From an uncultured delta proteobacterium (GTDB lineage: Bacteria; Desulfobacterota; Desulfobacteria; Desulfobacterales; Desulfosalsimonadaceae), in the NCBI GenBank assembly GCA_963826785.1, contig CAWGYD010000003.1:288001-352000 (forward strand): 64,000 nucleotides of DNA, given 5' to 3'. Made by a program: the position numbers and the translations under genes. The notes under the pieces were generated by a model that saw only the letters and a program-made list of their open reading frames with translations, was not told the origin of the DNA and made no database searches. This document shows, piece by piece, positions 10,036 through 20,613 of the stretch; position 1 is the stretch's first letter, and each line of letters starts with the position of its first letter.

Positions 10036-12093
10036 ATGGATAATGTTCTTACCCTGAAAAACCCGGCAGAAACCGACCTGCACCAGACCATTGAAAACGC
10101 CCTGCAATGGACCGCGGCAAACCAGGACCCGGCGGGATACTGGGTCGGCATGCTCGAATCCAACGTCTGCATGGAAGCCCAGTGGCTTCTGGCCTTTCAC
10201 ATCCTGGGGATCACGGATGATCCCAAGATCGAAGGGTTGAAGCAGGGCATCCTGGATGAACAGCGGCCGGACGGGTCCTGGGAAATCTTTTACCGTGCGC
10301 CGGAAGGCGACATCAGCGCCACGGTGGAAGCCTACGCAGCCCTGCGGGCCTGGGGCATGGGACCGGACGAAGCGCCCCTGCAGCGGGCTTGCCAATGGAT
10401 CCTTGACCACGGCGGCGTGTCCGGCGTCCGGGTATTCACCCGCTACTGGCTGGCGCTCATCGGGGAATGGCCGTGGGAAAAGACGCCCAACATCCCCCCG
10501 GAAATCATCTTCTTTCCCTCCTGGTTCCCCTTCTGCATCTATAATTTTGCCGCCTGGGCCCGGGCCACCATCATGCCGCTCTCCATCCTCTCCGCCAGGC
10601 GGATGACGCGGCCCCTTCCAGGGGGAAAACGACTGGATGCGCTTTTCCCGCAGGGGCGCGGTGCAGTCAACTACGATCTGCCCGCCCGGGGGGGATCATT
10701 TTCCTGGGAAGGGTTCTTCAAGGCGGCCGACAGATTTCTCCATCGATATCAGCGCACAGGGTTTACCCCCGGCAGAAAAAACGCCATCCGCTCCGGCCTG
10801 GAATGGATCATCCGGCACCAGGATGCCGACGGCGCCTGGGGCGGCATCCAGCCCCCCTGGGTATACAGCCTGATGGCCTTGAATGCCGAGGGCTATCCGG
10901 TCACCCACCCGGTGATGAAAAAAGGGCTTTCCACCTTAGACGACCACTGGTCGTTTACACGAAACGGCGCCCTGCACATCCAGGCCAGCGAATCACCGGT
11001 CTGGGATACCCTGCTCACGCTGATGGCCCTGCAGGACTGCGGAATCGAATATGCCAGATCGGAGAGCATGCAAAAGGCCCTGGAATGGATTCTGGGCCAG
11101 GAGATTCGCACCCCGGGCGACTGGCAGGTCAAGATCAAAGGGGTCGAACCGGGCGGATGGGCCTTCCAGCGGGCCAACAATTTCTATCCGGATGTGGACG
11201 ATACGGCTGTTGCCCTGATCGTTTTGTCGAAGCTCAAGCCCTTTTATTCTGATCCGACCCGCCTGGACGGGGCCATGAACCGGGCCCGGGACTGGCTGAT
11301 GGCCATGCAGTGCCGGAGCGGCGGGTGGGCCGCATTCGATAAAGACAACAACCGCGAAATCATCACCCGAATTCCTTTCTGTGATTTCGGAGAGGTCCTT
11401 GATCCGCCCAGCGTGGACGTCACCGCGCATGTCCTGGAAGCCTTCGGCGAAATGGGCATGGACCGGTCCCACCCTGCCGTGGCCCGGGGGCTCAAATTCA
11501 TCCTCAAAGAGCAGGAATCCGACGGCTCCTGGTTCGGAAGATGGGGCGTAAATTACGTATACGGCACCTCAGCCGTCGTCTGCGGCCTCAAGGCCGTCGG
11601 CCATGACATGCGGGCGCCGGAAATCCGCAGGGCAACGGACTGGATCAAGAACCGGCAGAACCCGGACGGCGGCTGGGGGGAATCGTGCGAGTCCTACATG
11701 GATAACCGCTTGTGCGGAAAAAGCGTGAGCACCGCGTCCCAGACCGCATGGGGACTGATGGCGCTGATCGGGGCCGAGGACGAATTGTACCGGGAGGCCA
11801 TTGAAGCCGGTGCGGCATTTCTGGCCCGGACCCAGCAGGAAGGGACCTGGGACGAGCCCTGGTATACCGGGACCGGGTTTCCGGGCTACGGCGTGGGGGC
11901 GCGCATCGACCTGTCCGCAGCCGACACCAGCATCCAGCTCCAGCAGGGCACGGAACTGAGCCGGGGATTCATGATCAATTACAACCTCTATCGCCACTAC
12001 TTCCCCCTGATGGCCCTGGGCAGGGCTCAAAAGATGCTGGCGGGCGGAGGAAAAAATGAGGCTGGGGCTGAAAAGTTAAAAGCGATAAATTAA
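10036..12093 (+). CDS. shc: Squalene-hopene cyclase
   Basis: DVDDTA catalytic motif, several QxxDGxW repeats, GSWFGRWGVNY. The start could be 9988. Confidence 0.97.
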   Translation: MDNVLTLKNPAETDLHQTIENALQWTAANQDPAGYWVGMLESNVCMEAQWLLAFHILGITDDPKIEGLKQGILDEQRPDGSWEIFYRAPEGDISATVEAYAALRAWGMGPDEAPLQRACQWILDHGGVSGVRVFTRYWLALIGEWPWEKTPNIPPEIIFFPSWFPFCIYNFAAWARATIMPLSILSARRMTRPLPGGKRLDALFPQGRGAVNYDLPARGGSFSWEGFFKAADRFLHRYQRTGFTPGRKNAIRSGLEWIIRHQDADGAWGGIQPPWVYSLMALNAEGYPVTHPVMKKGLSTLDDHWSFTRNGALHIQASESPVWDTLLTLMALQDCGIEYARSESMQKALEWILGQEIRTPGDWQVKIKGVEPGGWAFQRANNFYPDVDDTAVALIVLSKLKPFYSDPTRLDGAMNRARDWLMAMQCRSGGWAAFDKDNNREIITRIPFCDFGEVLDPPSVDVTAHVLEAFGEMGMDRSHPAVARGLKFILKEQESDGSWFGRWGVNYVYGTSAVVCGLKAVGHDMRAPEIRRATDWIKNRQNPDGGWGESCESYMDNRLCGKSVSTASQTAWGLMALIGAEDELYREAIEAGAAFLARTQQEGTWDEPWYTGTGFPGYGVGARIDLSAADTSIQLQQGTELSRGFMINYNLYRHYFPLMALGRAQKMLAGGGKNEAGAEKLKAIN

Positions 12094-12124
12094 TGCGGGC
12101 TGAAGGTGGATGGGCTGAAATCGA

Positions 12125-12325
12125 GACACCCCCCTGCCCCCCTCAAGGGGGGATTGGGTCGATGCTCAAAGGGGGATCGGGGTTATGCTCAAGTTGGGAT
12201 TGGGTCGATGCTCAAGGGAGCATTGGAAGTATGCGCCTGAAGAGCCCCCCGAGAGGCGAAAAAAAACCAATTCCCCCCTTGAGGGGGGCCAGGGGGGTGT
12301 CTCGCTCCACGGCCAGGGGGGTGTC
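12125..12325. repeat. Inverted pair of C6-TYRA-G6 palindromic repeats
   Basis: ACACCCCCCTGCCCCCCTCAAGGGGGGAT ... ATTCCCCCCTTGAGGGGGGCCAGGGGGGTGT. Confidence 0.85.
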
Positions 12326-12362
12326 CTTTCGCTTTCAGCCTAAACCCTGAAGGACCCAAAAA

Positions 12363-13383
12363 ATGACCACATTTGTCACCGGTGCCACCGGATTTGTCGG
12401 ATCGGCCGTCGCCCGCCGCCTGCTGGCCCTCGGCCATGATGTACGCGTGCTGGTGCGGCCGGGCAGCAGCCGGTGCAACCTGGAAGGGCTTGCGGTCGAT
12501 TGCGCGGAAGGCGACCTCAACGACTTCCATTCCCTTAAACGCGCGCTGGCCGGATGCACGGCCCTGTTCCATGTGGCCGCCGACTACCGCCTGTTTGTCC
12601 CTGATCCGGAGAAGATGTACCGGACAAATGTGACCGGCACCGTCAATGTCCTGCAGGCGGCGGCAGATGCCGGCGTTTCGAAAATGGTGTACACCAGCAG
12701 CGTCGGCGTTCTGGGAATCAGGACCGACGGAGCGCCGGCCGACGAAAATACGCCGGTGATGATCGAAGATATGATCGGCCACTACAAACGCTCCAAGTTC
12801 CTGGCGGAACACCAGGTCCGGCGAATGGTGGAAAAACTCGGACTTCCGGTGGTGATCGTCAACCCTTCCACGCCGGTGGGTCCGGGAGACATCCGGCCCA
12901 CCCCCACGGGACGCATGATTTCAAATGCAGCCCGTGGAAAAATGCCGGCCTTTGTGAATACGGGCTTAAATATCGTCCACGTGGATGACGTGGCGGCAGG
13001 CCATCTCCTGGCCTTTGAAAAGGGCCGCATCGGCGAGCGATACATCCTGGGCGGCGAGGATATGACCCTGGCCGAGATCCTGCGGCGCATCGCCTTGATC
13101 ACCGGCCGCCGGCCCCCCCGCCTGCGGATTCCCGTTTCCGTGGTGATGCCGGTGGCCTGTGCGGCTGAAATATGGGCGCGCATCACCGGCGGCGAAGAAC
13201 CCCTGACCACCATCGACGGCACGAAGATGGCCCGTAAAAGCATGTTTTTCACCAGTCGAAAAAGCGATGCGCGACCTGGGATATTCCCCCCGGCCGGCAG
13301 ATGAGGCGCTGCGGGATGCCGTCCGCTATTTTGGTCCGAAGAGCCGTAAATATAGCATACCTATTCGATCGGAGGCTTCTTGA
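12363..13383 (+). CDS. hpnA: Hopanoid-associated NAD-dependent sugar epimerase/dehydratase; frameshift near 13260
   Basis: TGATGFVG, HVAADYRL, YKRSK, NPSTPVGPGDIRPTPTG. The C-terminus KAMRDLGYSPRP..EALRDAV lies in another frame ending at TGA 13381-13383, which overlaps the next ATG. Confidence 0.9.
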
Positions 13384-14883
13384 TGGGAGACGGGAGTGGA
13401 AATGCCATAAAAAAAGTCAGGGAAACCGGCGAGAAAGTCGGCAGAAAGGCGCAAGACAAACTCGGCGGACCGGCCCGATTTCAGATCATTCTCATGCTCG
13501 CGGCGATCTTGGGCCTCGACGGCGCGGACAAGGCAGCGGTTTCCGCTGTGGCGGACAGCCTCCAGAAGGTATTTGCCATCGGCAACACGCAGATCGGAAT
13601 TCTCATCGCCGTGGTGTCCTTCACCGGGGCCATCGCCACCCTCCCCATCGGCATCCTGGTGGACCGGATCAACCGGCGGCGGGTACTGATTGCGGCCATT
13701 GCCCTGTGGTCGGCGGCCATGGTGGTCAGCGGCATTTCCCAGTCCTTCATGTTTCTGCTGGTCACCCGGATCGCCCTGGGGGCGGTCACCGCCACCGCCA
13801 CCCCCGCCGTGGCTTCCCTGCTGGGCGACTTTTTCAAGGCCAGCGAACGGGCCCGGATCTACGGACTGGTCCTTACCGGAGAACTGGTCGGCACGGGGAT
13901 CGGATTTTTCGTTGCCGGAGAGGTTTCCGCCTGGCTCAACTGGAGATGGGCGTTTTTTTCACTTTCCATACCGAGTGCACTGCTGGCGGCGGCGGTCTGG
14001 AAATATCTGCCGGAACCCGCCCGAGGCGGCCAGAGCTGGCTGCGACCCGGCCAGGAAGAGATCGTCACCGGAAAAGATGCGGCCGAGGGCAGGGCCCCGG
14101 ACAAAGCGGATCAGGACGGAATCGGATGAAACCGAACTGGCCCGGGAAAAAATAAAGGAATCCGGCATCTTCCCAAAAGAGGAACTGGTGCTGCGGTCCG
14201 ATCCTGCGGGAAACAGCTTGTGGTGGGCTATTCGATACGTGCTGAGCATCCGCACCAATGTGCTGCTGATTATCGCCTCCGGCCTTGGGTATTTTTTCTT
14301 CTCCGGACTCCGGGCGTTCGGCATGATTTTTATCACCCAACATTACGGGATCAGCCGAAGCACCGCCAGCGCACTGGTCATCGTACTGGGGATCGGCGCA
14401 ATCGCCGGCGCCGTCGGCGGCGGACGGCTGGCCGACGCGCTCCTTGCCCGGCGCTGGATCAATGCGCGGGTCATTGTCCCGGGTTTCACCCTTTTTCTCT
14501 CCGCGCTTCTTTTTGCACCCGGCATCTGGACGACCTCGGTCCTGTTTGCCATTATCCTGTTCACCCTGGCGGCCCTGGCCCTGGGGGCCTCAAACCCGCC
14601 CCTGGATGCCGCCCGTCTCGACATCATCCATCCGAGGCTCTGGGGACGGGCCGAATCGGTGCGCACCACCCTGCGCATGAGCCTTGAGGGGGCCGCCCCC
14701 ATCATATTCGGCCTGGTTTCCCAATATGTTTTCGGCGGCAGGAAAAGCGGGCTGGAGTATACGTTTCTGATCATGCTCATCCCGGTGATCATCGCCAGTT
14801 CACTGGCCATTCCCGCCCGGCGCACCTACCCGCGCGACGTGGCCACCGCCGCAGCCTCGGCGGAAGCCACCTATGGGGATTAA
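13383..14883 (+). CDS. MFS transporter (spinster-like); frameshift near 14120
   Basis: MFS motif A GILVDRINRR and GGRLADALL; two 6-TM halves in ORFs 13380..14129 and 13690..14883. Confidence 0.85.
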
Positions 14884-14986
14884 ATAGGGTGGATTCGGGA
14901 TGAGAATAACGAACGGACCCCATTTCGATCAGATGATGACTCCGATAATACAATATTGATCAGAAGGATGAATCCCGGAAAAGGGG

Positions 14987-16147
14987 GTGGGTACGATTCC
15001 GAAAGACGACCATTCAGCAGACCAGCCGGCCGACTTCACCACCGGGCAGGCGGATTCGGGCCGAACCGTGATCTTCTTCAAGGGGCAACTGGATAAACGA
15101 CATATCGCGCCCCTGTGGGAAAAGATGCAGACATTTCTGGCTCAAGAGGACCCCCGGGAAATCACTTTTGATTTCAAGGAGGTCACGGGGTTTGACACCG
15201 CCGGCATGGCCCTGTTGAGGCGGATCGAAACCCATTGCAATGAAAAAAGCGGAAGCTGTGAACGGCGCAATCTGTCGGATTCGATCCGCCATTTCCTGGG
15301 TTACGTCTCCCGGCGGTCATCCGAAGAAAATCTTCAGCAGGAACCCGATGAACCGGGAATCATCGCCCGGCTGGGAAGGTGGGGGCGGCAGGAAAAGAAT
15401 GACGGGTACGATGTCATCCGCTTTTTCGGTGATTTCATCAACACCACGGCGACTGCTCTGCGCCGGCCCCATAAAATCAAGCTGTCCAATTTTTTTTATC
15501 ATCTGCAGAAGGTCGGGGCCGAAGCCGTTCCGCTGGTGTTTGCCTTAAGCGGTCTTCTGGGGCTGGTGATTGTCTTTCAGGGCTTGCGCACGTCCAATAA
15601 ACTGGGATCCGACATCTTCATCGCCGATATGGTGGCCATGTCGGTCACCAAACAGATGGCCCCGCTTCTGACGGCCATCATCATTGCCGGTCGTTCCGGG
15701 GCGGCGTTTGCCGCCGAAATCGGCTCCATGAAGATCCGGCAGGAGCTTGACGTCCTTTCGGTCATGAATTTCGACATCACCGGATTTCTGCTGCTGCCGC
15801 GCATATTCGCCATGCTCATAGCGACGCCGCTGTTGATCATGATCGCAAATGCCGCCGGCATCCTGGGGGGATTGGTGACCAGCCTGGTGGTGCTCGACCT
15901 GTCGGCCATCCGGTTCATCACGGAAGTCCGAAACGCCCTGGCCCCGACCGACATCTACACGGGCCTGGTCAAGGGAGTCGGATTCGGTTTGCTGGTGGGC
16001 ATGACCGGATGCTACCACGGGTTAAAGACACAAAACACCGCCGACAGCGTGGGGGTGGAAACCACTTCGGCCGTGGTCAGCGGCATTCTTTTCGTTATCC
16101 TGGCGGACGCCATTTTCGCCATCATGTTCAGTAAATTCGGATGGTAG
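14987..16147 (+). CDS. mlaE: MlaE-family permease with N-terminal STAS domain
   Basis: FDTAGMALL STAS motif; AGRSGAAFAAEIGSMK, LLPRI, SVGVETTSAVV. Confidence 0.9.
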   Translation: MGTIPKDDHSADQPADFTTGQADSGRTVIFFKGQLDKRHIAPLWEKMQTFLAQEDPREITFDFKEVTGFDTAGMALLRRIETHCNEKSGSCERRNLSDSIRHFLGYVSRRSSEENLQQEPDEPGIIARLGRWGRQEKNDGYDVIRFFGDFINTTATALRRPHKIKLSNFFYHLQKVGAEAVPLVFALSGLLGLVIVFQGLRTSNKLGSDIFIADMVAMSVTKQMAPLLTAIIIAGRSGAAFAAEIGSMKIRQELDVLSVMNFDITGFLLLPRIFAMLIATPLLIMIANAAGILGGLVTSLVVLDLSAIRFITEVRNALAPTDIYTGLVKGVGFGLLVGMTGCYHGLKTQNTADSVGVETTSAVVSGILFVILADAIFAIMFSKFGW

Positions 16148-16156
16148 TCGAAAAGG

Positions 16157-16993
16157 ATGCCGGCCATGGATGACCACATGGACAGCAATGGGCGTGAACA
16201 TGGGGAAACAAACGATGTCATCACGGTGAATGACGTGACCCTCGGATACGGGAAGAGGACCGTTCTGGAAAATGTCAGCTTCACCGTTGAAAAAGGCGAT
16301 ATCTTCGCCATCATCGGACCGAGCGGCTGCGGCAAGAGCACGCTGCTCAATGCCATCATCGGCCTCATTCCGGTCAACAGCGGCAGGATCGTGGTGGCCG
16401 GCGAAGAGATCACCCAATCCGAAGATGAAGAGGCACTGCGCCGGGCCCGGAAAAACATGGGCGTGCTGTTTCAATCCGGGGCGCTGCTGGACTGGATGAC
16501 CATCGGCGAAAATATCGCTTTCCCTATGCGGGAGTTCACCGATCTGCCCGATGACCTGATCGAGCAGATGGTCAAAATCAAACTGGGAATGGTGGATATG
16601 GACAATCAGGCGGACAGGATGCCCTCGGAACTCAGCGGCGGCATGGTGCGCCGGGCCGGCCTGGCCATCGCCATGGCCCTTGACCCCCCCATCCTGTTCT
16701 GTGACGAGCCCTCCTCCGGACTCGATCCGGTCACGGCCAAGGAAATGGATGAACTACTGATCGAATTCAACAACTACTTCAATGTGACGGTGGTGGTGGT
16801 CACCCACGAGGTGCCCAGCCTGGAAAATATCGCCACCCGATGCATCATGCTCGACAAGAAAGACAAGGGAATTATCGCTTCCGGAACGTTTGCGGAAGTG
16901 AAAAACCAAAAAGATGATCGGCGGGTACAGCGGTTTTTCGAACGCCGCACCGATAAAAAGCCCAGAAAGAGGGATCATGACCCGGTTCAGTGA
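16157..16993 (+). CDS. mlaF: MlaF-family ABC ATPase
   Basis: GPSGCGKS, FQSGALL, PSELSGGM, CDEPSSGLDP. Confidence 0.92.
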   Translation: MPAMDDHMDSNGREHGETNDVITVNDVTLGYGKRTVLENVSFTVEKGDIFAIIGPSGCGKSTLLNAIIGLIPVNSGRIVVAGEEITQSEDEEALRRARKNMGVLFQSGALLDWMTIGENIAFPMREFTDLPDDLIEQMVKIKLGMVDMDNQADRMPSELSGGMVRRAGLAIAMALDPPILFCDEPSSGLDPVTAKEMDELLIEFNNYFNVTVVVVTHEVPSLENIATRCIMLDKKDKGIIASGTFAEVKNQKDDRRVQRFFERRTDKKPRKRDHDPVQ

Positions 16994-17933
16994 TTTCAAA
17001 ATCGGCCTGTTTGTCCTCTCCGGCATTGTCATCGGGCTGGGAGCGCTGTTCTGGATCAGCACCTCTACTCTATTCAAGAGCACCCACACCTATGTCACTT
17101 TTTTCGACACGTCCGTCCAGGGAGTCAGCACCGGATCGGAAGTGAAATACCTGGGCATGGCGGTGGGGCGGATTTCAAGCATGAAACTCGTCACCGGAAA
17201 ACAGCTCGTTGAAATCAAGATGAGCCTCAATCCCCATTTCAAGGTCAAGGACTGGATGGCCGCACAGCTGCAGTTCGGCGGCATCACCTCCGGCAAGTAC
17301 CTGGGCATCGTCAAAGCCCCGGACAACATACAGAAAGTGACGCCTAAAATCGATTTTTCCACTCAGTATCCGGTGATTCCCTCCGTCCCCGGACAGATCG
17401 AAAAGGCCATGAGCGCCCTTAAAAACGTCTATTCGGATGTTCAGTCCCTCGACATCGGAGACCTGGTGACCCAGTGGGAGCAGGTGGCAAAACATGCCAA
17501 TGCCCTGCTCGCCGGAGGAGCGCTCGAAAAGGCGGTAAAGAATATCGATGCGGCCACCCGGCGCATCGACAAGCTCACCGGCGCCATTGCCGACGAGCAG
17601 TCCGTGGGCAAATGGCATCAGACGCTTTCCGATGTCACGGCCGCCGCCCAATCGGCGCGCAAGGCCGCTTCGAGCCTGGAAAACCAGCTGGCAAAAATTC
17701 CATCGGGGCAGGTGTCCGACATTTCCTCGCAGACGGACAAGACCCTCAAGACGATCAATCAATCCACCCGGGATGTCCAATCCCAGATCAGCCAGGCCAT
17801 GGTGCTCCTGCAGGAGAACATGCGGCAGCTGAACCAGACCCTGACCGAATTCCAGGATCTTGCCCAGTCCCTTCGACAGCAGCCGGGCAGGATTCTCACC
17901 CAGCCCGAGCAGGAGGAGCCTTTCAAGAGATGA
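16977..17933 (+). CDS. mlaD: MlaD/MCE-domain protein with long helical tail
   Basis: KIGLFV TM anchor, SVQGVSTGSEVKYLGMAVGRI, GITSGKYL. Confidence 0.9.
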   Translation: MTRFSDFKIGLFVLSGIVIGLGALFWISTSTLFKSTHTYVTFFDTSVQGVSTGSEVKYLGMAVGRISSMKLVTGKQLVEIKMSLNPHFKVKDWMAAQLQFGGITSGKYLGIVKAPDNIQKVTPKIDFSTQYPVIPSVPGQIEKAMSALKNVYSDVQSLDIGDLVTQWEQVAKHANALLAGGALEKAVKNIDAATRRIDKLTGAIADEQSVGKWHQTLSDVTAAAQSARKAASSLENQLAKIPSGQVSDISSQTDKTLKTINQSTRDVQSQISQAMVLLQENMRQLNQTLTEFQDLAQSLRQQPGRILTQPEQEEPFKR

Positions 17934-18562
17934 ACTTAATGCCCCGAATCGCCGCCATGATACTTCTTATACCCCTGGCCATCGGCTGTTCTTCCATGCT
18001 CCGGCCCAAATCCCCTGAACCGGCCTTCTACCAGCTGGAGTACCCATCTACAAAGGTGGACTGCTCCAATTCCTTCAATGGCGGGGTACGGGTCTGGAAT
18101 TTCACCACCGCGCCGCCCTATGACCGGACCCAGATGGTGGTCCGGGCGCCGGACCGGGAAGTCATGTTTTCCCGGAACTATCAATGGGCCGCCCTTCCCG
18201 GCACCATGCTGACCAAGCGGATCCAAAACGACCTGGAGAAAGAAAAACTGTTTTCGGGAGGGGTGGTGCAGGCCGGTCTCGCAAATGTGCCCTGGGAACT
18301 TTCCGGCAAGGTAGAGACGTTCGCCTGTCAGCGCACGGATTCCAGCTGCAAAGCCATCCTGGGGGTCGATGTTTCCCTCAACAGCACCAGCCCGGGAGGC
18401 GAAAAGATTTTTCAGAAGAATTATCGGTTTACGAGCGAACCGTTCAGCAAGGATGATTCGGCAAAATTTGCGGCCGCCATGAGCGGAATCGCCCGGCAGT
18501 TTTCGGAACAGCTCCAGAAAGACCTCTGCCAGGCCGCCGGAAAAAACGGGCAGAGGCAATAG
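17930..18562 (+). CDS. PqiC-like ABC transport auxiliary lipoprotein
   Basis: Lipobox LAIGC, QWAALPGTML motif; last gene of the mlaEFD run. Confidence 0.8.
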   Translation: MNLMPRIAAMILLIPLAIGCSSMLRPKSPEPAFYQLEYPSTKVDCSNSFNGGVRVWNFTTAPPYDRTQMVVRAPDREVMFSRNYQWAALPGTMLTKRIQNDLEKEKLFSGGVVQAGLANVPWELSGKVETFACQRTDSSCKAILGVDVSLNSTSPGGEKIFQKNYRFTSEPFSKDDSAKFAAAMSGIARQFSEQLQKDLCQAAGKNGQRQ

Positions 18563-18623
18563 CGTTTGGATTGAAATGTTGAAATGAATACAAGGTGGAA
18601 TGATTGAACGTGCCTGCTGGGGA

Positions 18624-18955
18624 GAACACCCCCCCTGCCCCCCCTCAAGGGGGGAATTAAAGGGGAGGCAGCCCTCAAGTGGTGAATTAAAGAGGGGGTA
18701 TCCCTCAGGAGGAATAAAGAGGGGCCCACATAGAGGGGGAATAAGGGAAATGGGGTCAAACCCAAATCCTTCCTTTGCGTCAGGGGAAGCAGAGGGGAGT
18801 GTCGATTCAAATCCCCCCTCGAGGGTGACCAATCCAAATCCCCCCTTGAGGGGGGCCAGGGGGGTGTTCCCCTCGAGGGGGACCAAATCCAAATCCCCCC
18901 TTGAGGGGGGGCGGGGGGGGTGTTCACCCTGAGGGGCCAGGGGGGTGTTCCCCCA
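18624..18955. repeat. C6-TYRA-G6 palindrome cluster
   Basis: One forward and two or three reverse units with degenerate 26-bp tandem copies between them. Confidence 0.85.
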
Positions 18956-19096
18956 AAAAACCAAATCCATTCGGAGATAAATATGACCCGACTGCTTTTT
19001 GAATTCTGTAACCATCATTTCGATATTGCATCGTTTCATCAGTTCGCTTCGAGCGGAAAGGACCGCCGTGAAATATAAAGACCGAGGTGAAAGCCC

Positions 19097-20260
19097 ATGA
19101 CTGTATTACTGGAAGCCATTCTGCTGATCGTAATCGGCCTGTCGACTTTTTATTATCTCTATTGCGCCATGAGCATGCGGTGGTTCATCACGTCAGCCCG
19201 CAGAAAACCGCCCCGCAGCGCCGGCGGGGTGACCCTGATGGTGCCCGTGTGCGGAATCGATGAAGGCGCCTTTGACAACTGGGCATCCCTGTGCCGCCAG
19301 GATCATCCCGACTACGAGGTGCTCTTCGGGGTCATGGATGCAAAGGATCCGGCCGTTCCCATTCTCGAAAAAATGATCCGGCAGTTTGAATCCGGATCAA
19401 TGAAAAGCGGCGCCCGACGGATCAGGCTCCATTTCTGTCCGGAGGCGCTGGGGGCCAACCACCAGATCAGCAATCTGATCCACCTGTTTAAAATTGCGGA
19501 AAATGAAATCATTATCCTGGCCGACAGCGATATCCGGGTCACACCCGATTATCTCCGGCGGGTAACGGGACCGCTCAAAGATCCCCGTGTGGGGGTGGTC
19601 ACCTGCGGCTACCTGGACCGCGCTCCCAAATCCCTGGGGGCGGCCATGGCCGCCTTCGGCCGCGGTCTGGATTTCATCCCGGCGGTGCTGGTGGCCCGCA
19701 GGATCGACCGGGGCCTGAAATTTGCCATCGGGCCCACCATTGCCACCCGCAAAACGGTTTTAAAACGCGTCGGCGGACTGGAACGCTGCTTGAACCGCAT
19801 CGGCTCGGATTACCATATCGGCCGCCTGGCATCGGAGGCCGGTTTCAAGGTGGAGCTTTCCGATTACGTATTGGGAAACGACTGCGGGCGCGAACGTATC
19901 TCCGATGTGTTTCTGCGGGAATTGCGCTGGGCCCGGACCATCCGGCTGAACCGGGGCCTGCAGTATTACGGCATGGGCGTATGTTACGGAACCGTGTACG
20001 CCCTCCCCCTGTGGTGGCTGTCCGGTTTCCAGGCCTGGGCGGCATGGACCATGATGGCGGTCATTGCCAGCCGTCTGCTCCAGGTGCTTGTTTCCATGCG
20101 GGCGCTCAACGCCCCCCGGCTCATGTTCTGGCTCTGGGCCCTGCCGCTCCGGGAGTTGATGAATGTGGCCATCTGGTTCGGTGGCGGCTTCGGCCGGCGG
20201 GTATACTGGCGGGGAAGGCGCCTGCGCATCGGCGTAAAAGGCGTGCTGGCAGAGTCATGA
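19097..20260 (+). CDS. hpnI: Bacteriohopanetetrol glucosamine glycosyltransferase (GT2/GT21)
   Basis: SLCRQDHPDYEVLFGV, ADSDIRV, VGVVTC, SDYHIG, RELRWARTIR, VYWRGRR. Confidence 0.8.
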   Translation: MTVLLEAILLIVIGLSTFYYLYCAMSMRWFITSARRKPPRSAGGVTLMVPVCGIDEGAFDNWASLCRQDHPDYEVLFGVMDAKDPAVPILEKMIRQFESGSMKSGARRIRLHFCPEALGANHQISNLIHLFKIAENEIIILADSDIRVTPDYLRRVTGPLKDPRVGVVTCGYLDRAPKSLGAAMAAFGRGLDFIPAVLVARRIDRGLKFAIGPTIATRKTVLKRVGGLERCLNRIGSDYHIGRLASEAGFKVELSDYVLGNDCGRERISDVFLRELRWARTIRLNRGLQYYGMGVCYGTVYALPLWWLSGFQAWAAWTMMAVIASRLLQVLVSMRALNAPRLMFWLWALPLRELMNVAIWFGGGFGRRVYWRGRRLRIGVKGVLAES

Positions 20261-20335
20261 TGGCTCCGCAGCAGCTTGTACGCCGGCGTGCGGTGTTTTG
20301 CAGTAAGAAACTTTCGACTCGCATTGGCTGACCGC

Positions 20336-20506
20336 CACACCCCCCTTTAATTCCCCCCTCAAGGGGGGATTGAAGAGACTGTTCCCCGCTCAAGGGGGGG
20401 ATTGAAGAGACTGTTCCCCGCTCAAGGGGGGACCGAAGAGACTATTTCCCCTCAAGGGGGTGTGATCGATGATTCCCCCCTCGAGGGGGGACGAAGGGGG
20501 GTGTTG
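20336..20506. repeat. Palindrome cluster with three ~31-bp tandem units
   Basis: CTCAAGGGGGGATTGAAGAGACTGTTCCCCG repeated, bracketed by inverted ACACCCCCC ends. Confidence 0.85.
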
Positions 20507-20613
20507 AACCCTATAGCCGGGTCAAACGATAGCCATGAATGAGGAGGATCGAGTCATACCCATTTACAAAAGTGAATTTCTCTGAAGAAAGGTAAATGGG
20601 CCTGAAGATGCAA

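Noticed and set aside
17936..19039. ORFs rich in SPLEGG / PPLRG / PPSRG (also 51662..52288, 54682..55245, 60812..61471, 62993..63732)
   Set aside because: These are translations of the palindromic repeat, not credible proteins.
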